Virus record (IMG/VR): IMGVR_UViG_3300027771_001853
Span: 62,001 to 126,000 of that record
Length of the DNA: 64,000 bases
Reading direction: 5' to 3' (one strand)
Shown here: one piece after another, positions 26,864 through 35,461 of the stretch
How the letters are laid out: each line of letters starts with the position of its first letter
Position numbering within the stretch: the first letter of the stretch is position 1
Notes under the pieces: generated by a model
Told to the model about the DNA's origin: nothing
Seen by the model: only the letters and a program-made list of their open reading frames with translations
The model's database searches: none
Position numbers and translations under genes: made by a program

Positions 26864-27754
26864 TTAAAGACAACTGAAATACCTTTCTCCTCTATCACAA
26901 AGGATAGTCAACGCTGTCGTTTTTTTATTATTCTTTAACCAGTTTTTTGCTGCTAGTACATTTGCTCCTGCACTCACCCCAACAAACAAACCTTTTTTTG
27001 CTAATTCTCTTGCTTTATTTTTTGCCTCTTCTGTTGAAACAGTAACGATTTCATCCACAAAATCAAGGTCAACTAAAAATTTACTACCGTCCCCTATTCC
27101 TTGTATCCCATGAAGACCTGATTCCCCACCACTCATTACTGGTGATTCCTCGGGTTCTATAGCTACTATCTTAATAGTTGGCCACATCTCTTTTAAGAAT
27201 TTACCCGTCCCCATTATAGTTCCACCTGTTCCTGTTCCCAAAATAAGTACATCTGGTTCTGGACCACCTTCGTTCTCATCTTTATATTGATTATATATTT
27301 CTGGACCAGTTGTTATGTAATGTGCTTGTACGTTTAAAGGGTTATGGAATTGGTTACAGTTAAACCAGTTGTTTTTTATTGCTAGTTTGTCCCTTAACTC
27401 TATCGCTCCATCAAAATCACCCTCACCAACCTCAATTAATTCAGCACCATAAAACTCAAACATCTGTTTTCTTTCTTCAGACATATTGCACGGCATTACA
27501 ATTTTTATTTTATACCCCCTTTCTGCAGCTAACATAGCAAAAGCAATCCCAGAATTACCAGAAGTCCCTTCAATTAATGTATCACCTTTACTTATTAATT
27601 TTTTATTTTCCGCATCATCAATAATGAATTTTGCCATCCTGTCTTTTACGGAACCAGAAGGGTTCATAAATTCAGCTTTACCCCATATTTTACACCCTTC
27701 TTCATCTAAACACAATAATGGGGTGTTACCAACATAATTTGATAGTTTATGCAT
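26864..27754 (-). CDS. cysK: PLP-dependent cysteine synthase (CysK/CysM family)
   Basis: VGNTPL, KAEFMNPSGSVKDR (PLP Lys), TSGNSG, NQFHNP, GTGTGGT, HGIQGIG, GVSAGAN, DRGERY. Confidence 0.92.
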   Translation of the reverse strand: MHKLSNYVGNTPLLCLDEEGCKIWGKAEFMNPSGSVKDRMAKFIIDDAENKKLISKGDTLIEGTSGNSGIAFAMLAAERGYKIKIVMPCNMSEERKQMFEFYGAELIEVGEGDFDGAIELRDKLAIKNNWFNCNQFHNPLNVQAHYITTGPEIYNQYKDENEGGPEPDVLILGTGTGGTIMGTGKFLKEMWPTIKIVAIEPEESPVMSGGESGLHGIQGIGDGSKFLVDLDFVDEIVTVSTEEAKNKARELAKKGLFVGVSAGANVLAAKNWLKNNKKTTALTILCDRGERYFSCL

Positions 27755-30059
27755 AACTTAATATTTTACTAAGATTGTTTTCTTTTTTAATTGTTAGTAC
27801 TTTGTCTGACCACTCTTTAACTAAATCATTATGTGTGATTACCAAAATCACTTCAAAATAATCCCTTATTTTTACAAAAAATTTACCTATTAATTCTAAA
27901 TTTTCGTTACTTACCTTACCATAAACCTCATCAAAACACACAACATTAGGTTTAGGTAATGAGCATACTCTAGCTAATACAGCTCTTAGGGCTAGTGATG
28001 CCACTGTTCTCTCGTAACCACTACCTGACCTCATTAATTTTTCTAACCCACTACTATTATCCACCATCCAAAACTCAACTTCATTTTTTTCATTCATTTT
28101 CAGTTCTAACGTAAATTCTGCACTATCAGACAACAACACCCCTAATTCGTTATTAATAAATGGCACCATACTCTTTAATATAGTTTTAGATATTCCGTTT
28201 TTTCCATAAACACTAAGGTAAGCTTTAAAAATCTTATCTACTTTTTCTTCTTCCTCAATCTTCTTTATTCTACCCTCATTTATTTTTATATCTTTTTTAA
28301 GATTACTAATATCATTTTCCACTCCTTTAATTTTTAATAGTGACCCTTGTTTTTCCGATTCTAGTGTTTCGATACGAGTTTTTGCTTTAACTAATTTAAG
28401 TTCTATGTCTCTATTCTGTTCTAACCTTTCCTTATTCTTATTCCAATTACTTAATATGATTTTTTTGTCTAATAAAGTTTTGTTTAATTTTTCAAACTCT
28501 AACTCTAACATAACATTTTTTAGTTTATCCCTATCATATTTTTCAAATTGTTTTTTAGATACTTCAATTTTATCAACTTCTGTGGTTTTATTAGATATTT
28601 TCTTATCGATATCTTTTATATTTTTTTCACACACAACTAAATTAGTTTGTGTTTCATCATTAAACTTTACTTGACTAAGTTTTAACCCACATAAACCACA
28701 AGTTTCACCACCTTCTATTCGTTTTTGTGATTTTTTGTACTCTTCTAGTTTTCCTTGCTGAACTCCCATTTCGTACTTTAGACCTTCTAGTGTTTTATTA
28801 ACTTTCTCGTGTTCTTCTTTATTGTAGAATATCTTAGGTTCTATTACTTTAAATTCCTCAAACTCTTTCTTTTTAGTACTAACCTTATCACTAAAAGTAG
28901 TTATAATCCCCTCTAACTCTATGGGGTCTAATTTGGTTAAACTTTCGTCAATATCGGTATGTTTCCTTTTTAACAAACCATCTTTATATGTTTGTCCTTT
29001 TTTTAACCTTTTATTTATATCTAATAAACTTTCATTTATTTCTTTAATCTCTTTATCGCTTTCTTTAATTGATTCGTTAAACCCTTCTATTTGGTGTGTT
29101 AGTTCTAACTTATTATATAGGTTGGATGTTAGACTTTTAGCCCACTCAGAATATATTTGTTTACATGTATCTTCTTTTTTCTTGAGTGAGTCAAGACCTA
29201 TGTAACGTGTTAGTACTTGCCCTCTAGCTGTAGGTTTAGCCTCTATTAGTGATTCTAGGTTAGTCCCTGTCGCTAATATGGTCATTAGAAAATCATCCAC
29301 AGTACCAATAGAATCTTTTATAAAGGTTTCTGTTTCTCTTCTTTGTTCTCCTTCTAAGTTTTGTAGTGTATTGTCCGATAGTTTTTTACTAAAATTTAAA
29401 GTAGTACTAACCGACCAATCCCCCTTCTTTGTTTTTTTCCTAACAATTGCTCTTTCGATAATATAATCATCCCCGTCAATTTGTACCTGTCCTCTAACTA
29501 GTACCCTATTTTTATCTGTGTACCTATTAAATATTTCTATTGCTTTAGCTGACTTGGTTGTTGTATTAAAAAATAAGAATAGTAGTAGGTCTACCGATAC
29601 CGTTGTTTTACCTCCAAAGTTAGATGGTATGGAATCTATTACGGTAATACCTTTAGAGTTTTCAAAATCAAGTTTATTGCCTTCACCAAATGATAAGAAA
29701 TTATCAAACTCAATCCATTTAATAATCCATTTTTTATGTTGTGGTGTGGTAGTTAAACCTATCTTTTCATTAACCTTATTATGTAATCTTTTAAAGTCTT
29801 CCCAACCGACATCAACCTTATGTTCTTTTAAATGTTCTTTAACCAAAGTAGTCTGGAAGGCCTCGTCTAGTATATTTTCACTAGCGTCTATGTTTTTAAC
29901 AACACCACCAACGTTTAAACTTTTAGTTATTACGTTAACTCTGGTTGTTTTATATTTTTTTTTAAAATATGTCTTTATCCTAGCAAGTTTTTCCTGTGTG
30001 AAATTTTCTGGAGTATCTTCCCAAGTAACCTTAATATATGGTTTAATCTCTTTATTCAT
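27747..30059 (-). CDS. SbcC/Rad50 (T4 gp46-like) SMC ATPase
   Basis: NFLSFG, Walker A NFGGKTT, long coiled coil with CGLC zinc hook, SGYE signature, CFDE Walker B, ITHN. Confidence 0.9.
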   Translation of the reverse strand: MNKEIKPYIKVTWEDTPENFTQEKLARIKTYFKKKYKTTRVNVITKSLNVGGVVKNIDASENILDEAFQTTLVKEHLKEHKVDVGWEDFKRLHNKVNEKIGLTTTPQHKKWIIKWIEFDNFLSFGEGNKLDFENSKGITVIDSIPSNFGGKTTVSVDLLLFLFFNTTTKSAKAIEIFNRYTDKNRVLVRGQVQIDGDDYIIERAIVRKKTKKGDWSVSTTLNFSKKLSDNTLQNLEGEQRRETETFIKDSIGTVDDFLMTILATGTNLESLIEAKPTARGQVLTRYIGLDSLKKKEDTCKQIYSEWAKSLTSNLYNKLELTHQIEGFNESIKESDKEIKEINESLLDINKRLKKGQTYKDGLLKRKHTDIDESLTKLDPIELEGIITTFSDKVSTKKKEFEEFKVIEPKIFYNKEEHEKVNKTLEGLKYEMGVQQGKLEEYKKSQKRIEGGETCGLCGLKLSQVKFNDETQTNLVVCEKNIKDIDKKISNKTTEVDKIEVSKKQFEKYDRDKLKNVMLELEFEKLNKTLLDKKIILSNWNKNKERLEQNRDIELKLVKAKTRIETLESEKQGSLLKIKGVENDISNLKKDIKINEGRIKKIEEEEKVDKIFKAYLSVYGKNGISKTILKSMVPFINNELGVLLSDSAEFTLELKMNEKNEVEFWMVDNSSGLEKLMRSGSGYERTVASLALRAVLARVCSLPKPNVVCFDEVYGKVSNENLELIGKFFVKIRDYFEVILVITHNDLVKEWSDKVLTIKKENNLSKILSYA

Positions 30060-30366
30060 CTTTTTTAGGTTTATTTTCTTCAAACCATTCAATAATAGCG
30101 TTTAGTGACCACACACCACCACTAGCTAACATCCCATCAAAAAACACATTACTATATGGGATGACGACTAATGTTTCTGTTGGTGAGAAGAAAACCAAAG
30201 AGAAAAAGAACCCTACCCATGTAGAAGTACACATCATACACCCTAACAAATCCCCAAAGAATTTTGAGTGTCTGGTTATCCAATTTCTTATATTGTCGAA
30301 TATACTCCCAAAAACCAAAATCTGAGACATCCCGTAAGCTGCTAAAATCCAAATAATTAATTCCAT
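30052..30366 (-). CDS. DUF1360-like membrane protein
   Basis: IFDNIRNW...LLGCMMCTSTWVG with hydrophobic helices. Confidence 0.65.
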   Translation of the reverse strand: MELIIWILAAYGMSQILVFGSIFDNIRNWITRHSKFFGDLLGCMMCTSTWVGFFFSLVFFSPTETLVVIPYSNVFFDGMLASGGVWSLNAIIEWFEENKPKKDE

Positions 30367-30379
30367 ATTTTTTTATTGT

Positions 30380-30970
30380 TTAATCACCGTAAATATCATC
30401 TAAACGTGATGACTTTAAGTGTTTTGTCTTATTATTACTAAATCTTTGGAAGTGGTTTAACACACTTTCATATTCTTTTATTTTCTTATTTAATTCCATT
30501 ATTTCGGAATCTTTCTGGGCTAAATCCTGATTACTTTTGGTTATTGAGTTTTCGGTTATGGACATAGACGTTTCAGCGTGGTTAAAAGCATCTTTTAATT
30601 TTAGATTTTCTTTTTCTAAATCATTAATCCTTTGTAAGTGCCCTTCCATCTCTTTTTCATTAGTAACCAGTTTTTCTATTTCTATTATCCTATCAACTGG
30701 TACTTCCACTATTTTTTCTACAATTTTTTCTACAGGGACCTCAATAATCTTTTCAACTATTTTCTCAACTTCTTTTTCTACTTCCTTTTCTACAATACCT
30801 GGTTTTACTGGGGTAATCCCATATTTTTCTATAGCGAACCCACCTTTAAGACACCCTAATAATAAAGAATCTATTTCTACCACATTATTTAATTCACAAA
30901 ACTCTATTACCTCCTCTCTTAGACCTGTTGGTATGTTATTTATTAGTAAGTCTTTCTCTTTCTTTTTCAA
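30380..30970 (-). CDS. coiled-coil protein with EKIVEVPV repeats
   Basis: VEKEVEKEVEKIVEKIIEVPVEKIVEKIVEVPVDRIIEIEK; start codon uncertain. Confidence 0.7.
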   Translation of the reverse strand: MKKKEKDLLINNIPTGLREEVIEFCELNNVVEIDSLLLGCLKGGFAIEKYGITPVKPGIVEKEVEKEVEKIVEKIIEVPVEKIVEKIVEVPVDRIIEIEKLVTNEKEMEGHLQRINDLEKENLKLKDAFNHAETSMSITENSITKSNQDLAQKDSEIMELNKKIKEYESVLNHFQRFSNNKTKHLKSSRLDDIYGD

Positions 30971-31715
30971 TGTCTTCTATGTCTTTAATTTTAAAATTTA
31001 AATATGGTCTATGGTTCTCTACATCCTCAAATTTATACTCGTTTTTATTAATACTATAAACCCCGAAACCGTGGTTTTTTAGACTTTCACCAAAATTTTG
31101 TTGTATTAGTGAACCAACCATATATAATTTACCTGTCGGTATTTCCACGATTTGTCTTTTATGTATATCACCAGCTAACACAACATCACACCCCGTAAAA
31201 TGTTCTGGTGATGTTCCTTCATCAAACATATACCCCATATCGGTAGATAAACCTTCTATCGTGCCGTGGTATAAACCTATATTATGTAGGTCTTTCTCTT
31301 TTGTGATTTCTGGACGTTCGTTATCTTCTTTTAAGGAGTACACACACCAGTTTACATTATCATCCAAATAAACCCCCTTGTCTGTAAAATAAACAATATT
31401 ATCGTTATTTATATTTTCAATGATTGGTGTTAGGGTATCTAACCTATCTAAATTATTTTCTAAAAAATCGTGATTACCTATTAACACTATTGTCTTTGCT
31501 ATCTTGGCACACTCTTTAAGTACCCAACTTACAATATCTATTAATTCAGGTGTAACGTGATTTTTAGAATGTACTAAATCACCAGTAAAAACTATCCTAT
31601 CTGGTTTTAACTCTGACCACCTATCAAAACATTCACTTAGAATGTCCCTATAAAGGTCATGGTCTTTATATAATTTGATGTGTAAATCAGAAAAATGAAC
31701 TATCTTATCTATCAT
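30936..31715 (-). CDS. SbcD/Mre11 (T4 gp47-like) metallophosphoesterase nuclease
   Basis: HFSDLH, TGDLVH, GNHD, YHG, AGDIHKRQ, GSLIQQNFGE. Confidence 0.9.
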   Translation of the reverse strand: MIDKIVHFSDLHIKLYKDHDLYRDILSECFDRWSELKPDRIVFTGDLVHSKNHVTPELIDIVSWVLKECAKIAKTIVLIGNHDFLENNLDRLDTLTPIIENINNDNIVYFTDKGVYLDDNVNWCVYSLKEDNERPEITKEKDLHNIGLYHGTIEGLSTDMGYMFDEGTSPEHFTGCDVVLAGDIHKRQIVEIPTGKLYMVGSLIQQNFGESLKNHGFGVYSINKNEYKFEDVENHRPYLNFKIKDIEDIEKERERLTNK

Positions 31716-31719
31716 TTCT

Positions 31720-32499
31720 TTAGTTGTTTTTTGTAACTTCTATAATTTCTTTAATTTCCTTCTCAAAATTATAACATTTAAAAACGTGATAGTCATCATT
31801 TTCTTCATTAAGCCACACAATATAAGAATCACCCAACTCTAGGTTAGTATTTTTTGTAATAAGGTACTTGTAAAGAGATAATTGTAGGGAGTACGTGTTT
31901 AGTTCACATATGTCTAAATGGGAAATAGGTTTCTTAAATCTTTGCCACTTATTTTTTTTCTTTATTTCTTTATTTGTCTTCCAATCCCATATCTCCAACT
32001 TACCTGATTTTTCATTAAAAAACAATTGGTCAACCATTCCAGCTATACCCAATTCTAGGTCCCCAACCACTAATTCAGCACGTACAGGTATAAGCTTACC
32101 GTAGGAGTCTTTGTAAAATTTATCAAATAAACCTTTCAGTTTCTCCACTTTTACTCTACAATCCTCAACTAACTCATCTTTTTTTAATATGGATTTAATC
32201 CTTTCTTCTGGGAAATCAAAAATCTTATTAAAAAGATAACTTTCCACAAACGCATGGAGAGCCGACCCTTTTTCACAAGCAAAATCTTTCTTAAGGTCCC
32301 ATTCTGCTTTTATCTCATCAACAGTAATTCCTCTTTCTTTAGCTTTTCTATTTGCCCAATATTCCACATCAAATGGCTGCTTAAATTTCCCTATCAATGA
32401 AGTAGCGGAAGTTAACTTTTCTTTCCCAATATAGTATGTGTGTTCTTTTTCGTAGAATTTTATATTATTGAACACAGATAATTCTTTTATTATATGCAT
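31720..32499 (-). CDS. PD-(D/E)xK exonuclease (Cas4/AddB-like phage nuclease)
   Basis: HTYY, SATSLI, GSALH, E..V, AGMVDQL, IWDWKTNK, YSLQLSLY. Confidence 0.85.
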   Translation of the reverse strand: MHIIKELSVFNNIKFYEKEHTYYIGKEKLTSATSLIGKFKQPFDVEYWANRKAKERGITVDEIKAEWDLKKDFACEKGSALHAFVESYLFNKIFDFPEERIKSILKKDELVEDCRVKVEKLKGLFDKFYKDSYGKLIPVRAELVVGDLELGIAGMVDQLFFNEKSGKLEIWDWKTNKEIKKKNKWQRFKKPISHLDICELNTYSLQLSLYKYLITKNTNLELGDSYIVWLNEENDDYHVFKCYNFEKEIKEIIEVTKNN

Positions 32500-32535
32500 A
32501 ACATCTATTTATATGTAGAAATATAACACTATTAA

Positions 32536-33915
32536 ATGAAACGACAAGTTATTCTTAAAGAGAGTCAGTATAATACTATTAAAAGGCGTTTAATAGAAAG
32601 TTCCAAAAGGGGCAAGGCTGGCGTAGCGGAAAATCATTTCTTAATTAACCTACAAAACCGTTTAAAAGACATTAACTCTGAAGGTATTGCTCCTGTCATT
32701 ATGAATGGTGGGAAACCTGTGGGGGGTGAGTTGGGTTGGGAGGATACTTTATCTTGGTATCAAGAAAACCCTTCTTGGGCAAAGTCACACAACAAACAAC
32801 TAGATAGACTACTAGAATTACTCCCAAATAAACCTAACATCCGAAGTCTAGTAAAGGGTAATTCTAAATACCCTTTAAATGTTTTAGCTAGAGAATTGTT
32901 AACCAATAAAAAAGGTAGTGGAACTAATATAGCAAAATGGAACCCCGCTGATGTCTGGATAGAGTATGATGATTTTAATTTTGAAGACATTAGTTTTATG
33001 GATGATATAGAGTCTTTAAATACCTATTTGGATGAAGCTTTAATTGAGGGTAAATGGGTGTTGGGTCTGTCTTTGAAGAAGGGTCAGGGGTTCTATGAGT
33101 TTGTTAATACCTCTAATAGAGCTAGGAAACCTAAAAAGGGTAGTGATGAATACGATTCAGCAAAGACCTATTTGGATAAAAAGTATGAGGATAAGTACGG
33201 CGAGGATTTGGTCTCTGAAGTATTGGAGGATGGGTACGTTATTACTCGTGTGGACGTTGGTGGAGCAAATAAAAAGACAATACAGATATGGTATTTAATT
33301 TTAATTGTAAGGACTGAACAAAATGGTGACGCTTCTTATAGTATAGTGCCTTCTAGAGTGGACATTAGGAGTTTTACTACGGACCCAGGGGGTAAGATAT
33401 ATGTTGAAGCTGGTGGAGGAAAAGGTCATATGAGTGGAAAAGCAAGGATTGAGGTTATAATCCAAGAAGCCATGTCTAATAAGAATATAGATAATGTAAG
33501 AGAGGACATCAAATACCTTTATAACCTGGTTAACGAATTATCTACCGTAGACGTAAACAATGAAGGGGACATCGAAAAACTATTAGGTGACTACAACGAC
33601 ACTTTGGATGATTTAATAAAAATTAGTAATACGATTAAAAAACCATTTTTAAAAGGTATTTTTAATTCTGAAATAAAAAAATTAAGTCCTATAAGGGGTG
33701 GTGATATCTACATGGACCAACGGGTACCTTCTGTTAGAGCTAGAGGTCCATGGGGTCGTATCAGTTCTAGACTTCAAAGTATGTTGTTTTTAGATGATAT
33801 GTTTGAAGTTACTGGTGAGGAGGTTAGAAAACATCAAAATTCTTTGTTGAAGACTGTGGTTCAATACGCTAGGGGTCAATCGGATTGGTCCGCTCCCCAT
33901 ATGGTTATAAAATAA
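32536..33915 (+). CDS. restriction-endonuclease-like (PD-(D/E)xK variant) protein with N-terminal leader
   Basis: AE..., KWNPADVW...LGLSLKK; leader MKRQVILKESQYNTIKRRLIES; TATTTAT at 32506-32512. Confidence 0.55.
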   Translation: MKRQVILKESQYNTIKRRLIESSKRGKAGVAENHFLINLQNRLKDINSEGIAPVIMNGGKPVGGELGWEDTLSWYQENPSWAKSHNKQLDRLLELLPNKPNIRSLVKGNSKYPLNVLARELLTNKKGSGTNIAKWNPADVWIEYDDFNFEDISFMDDIESLNTYLDEALIEGKWVLGLSLKKGQGFYEFVNTSNRARKPKKGSDEYDSAKTYLDKKYEDKYGEDLVSEVLEDGYVITRVDVGGANKKTIQIWYLILIVRTEQNGDASYSIVPSRVDIRSFTTDPGGKIYVEAGGGKGHMSGKARIEVIIQEAMSNKNIDNVREDIKYLYNLVNELSTVDVNNEGDIEKLLGDYNDTLDDLIKISNTIKKPFLKGIFNSEIKKLSPIRGGDIYMDQRVPSVRARGPWGRISSRLQSMLFLDDMFEVTGEEVRKHQNSLLKTVVQYARGQSDWSAPHMVIK

Positions 33916-34828
33916 TTAACTCACTTTCTTTTATTAACATATCTTCAGTTATATTACCTTTAATATCACAAACATCTTTATTTTTAGGTAACCTTATAAG
34001 TTTAATCCTATCCTTTAATTTCCCACCATCTAATTTCCTATATAGCTCAACACTATCTTTCCAAGCGTCAGAATCTAAACATATGTATATATCCTTAGTA
34101 CTTTTATCGTATAGTTTAGACCACAGGTTATCTGTTATATTTTTACCCAATAAAGGGATAGCGTTATCTAAAAAAAACATATCAAAAACACCCTCAACCA
34201 AATAAATGTCTTTACCCCACTCTATAAGGTGTTCATTAAATATTATTTTTTCTTTTGCTGCTTTAGGGTTTTTATATTTAAGTTTGTGATTAACAAAACT
34301 CCTAGCGACAAAATAATTAACATTACCTTCATCGTCATAAGATGGTACTATTATTCTATGACTATGTTTACCTTTTCTGGTGAACCCTATACTAAACTTG
34401 TCGATGATTTTTTTGGTGATGGCTCTTTTTCTTAAGTAACTTATAGCCTCTTTGTATGGTATACTGTGTTTTGAACAATCTTCAAAAGATTCGTATTCTG
34501 TAGGTAGGGTTACTGGTTTTTCAAACTGACTCTCTGTTTCATATTCGTCCGTAACTAGTAAGTCATACTGATTTAGGTGTCTTCTAGCACCAAATTTCCT
34601 AACTAATTTACGAATCCTTCCTTTAGTACCATCTGTCTCACCACATGACCAACAATGGTACACACCTTTACTGGTATTTACCTCTAAATTACCTTTAAAA
34701 TCCCTATCTAATCCTTTGTCTTGAGAACAAACGGGACAACTAAATCCGTATTGATAATTACGGGATACCTTATCTGGTTCCCCCAACATATCAACTAATA
34801 TTTCGTATATAAGTGAATCGTCTGACAT
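33905..34828 (-). CDS. DNA primase (Zn finger + TOPRIM)
   Basis: CPVC...HCWSC zinc finger, RIIVPSY, YFVARS, KYKNP, LVEGVFD, CLDSDA. Confidence 0.92.
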   Translation of the reverse strand: MSDDSLIYEILVDMLGEPDKVSRNYQYGFSCPVCSQDKGLDRDFKGNLEVNTSKGVYHCWSCGETDGTKGRIRKLVRKFGARRHLNQYDLLVTDEYETESQFEKPVTLPTEYESFEDCSKHSIPYKEAISYLRKRAITKKIIDKFSIGFTRKGKHSHRIIVPSYDDEGNVNYFVARSFVNHKLKYKNPKAAKEKIIFNEHLIEWGKDIYLVEGVFDMFFLDNAIPLLGKNITDNLWSKLYDKSTKDIYICLDSDAWKDSVELYRKLDGGKLKDRIKLIRLPKNKDVCDIKGNITEDMLIKESELIIL

Positions 34829-34834
34829 ATAGAA

Positions 34835-34863
34835 AATGTAACTATAGTTAGTTAGACTGTCAA
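34835..34863 (-). promoter_or_regulatory. sigma70-like promoter of primase with palindromic spacer
   Basis: TTGACA-N17-TACATT; perfect 12-bp palindrome TAACTATAGTTA at 34839-34850. Confidence 0.6.
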
Positions 34864-34864
34864 A

Positions 34865-35461
34865 CTACCAAAGTTTATTTTTTAACATGAAACCTCTAAC
34901 ACAAGTATATGCGTCGGTCATATCAAAATTTTCCTTTTTTAATGTGTTGTTTCTAGTGTATTGCCATACAATGTGAGGTTCTTTCTCTGCGACTTTTTCC
35001 CATACTATCATTTTCTTATCGCAACCTTTAGGGTATCCCCCAAATAATACTTTTTTACCATTTTTATTTTCTTTAAACAAAGAAGAGAAAGCACATTTTC
35101 TGGATTCGTAGGTTGAGATGAATTCTGGTACTATCCCTAAAACATCATAAACCACTTTACAAATCATAGAGTTATACCTTAAAAGTGTCCCCACAGTGTA
35201 AACATTATTAGATGTCAAAAGTGGTTCTTCTATTATAACTTTATATATTCCAAAATCTTTAACCTGTTCTAATTTTTCTTTAAAAGCGTCAGCTTTTTTG
35301 AGTAGGTGTTCTATTTTATTTTCTGGTTGTGGTTTAATTACTGGAGAAAAATGGCTCAATTCCAGTAGTCTTTGTTCGAAATTATCGAACAAGGCCCAAC
35401 CTATGGTTTTAGTTGATATATCTAAACCCAGTACTTTTAGTGATGAATCTTTTTTAGTCAT
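34865..35461 (-). CDS. RuvC-like Holliday junction resolvase
   Basis: VLGLDISTKTIGWA, IIEEP, DMTDAY (RNase H-fold acidic tetrad). Confidence 0.8.
   Translation of the reverse strand: MTKKDSSLKVLGLDISTKTIGWALFDNFEQRLLELSHFSPVIKPQPENKIEHLLKKADAFKEKLEQVKDFGIYKVIIEEPLLTSNNVYTVGTLLRYNSMICKVVYDVLGIVPEFISTYESRKCAFSSLFKENKNGKKVLFGGYPKGCDKKMIVWEKVAEKEPHIVWQYTRNNTLKKENFDMTDAYTCVRGFMLKNKLW

Noticed and set aside
31720-32499. Cas4-like nuclease as sign of a CRISPR-Cas locus
   Set aside because: No repeat-spacer array or other cas genes seen; context is a phage recombination block
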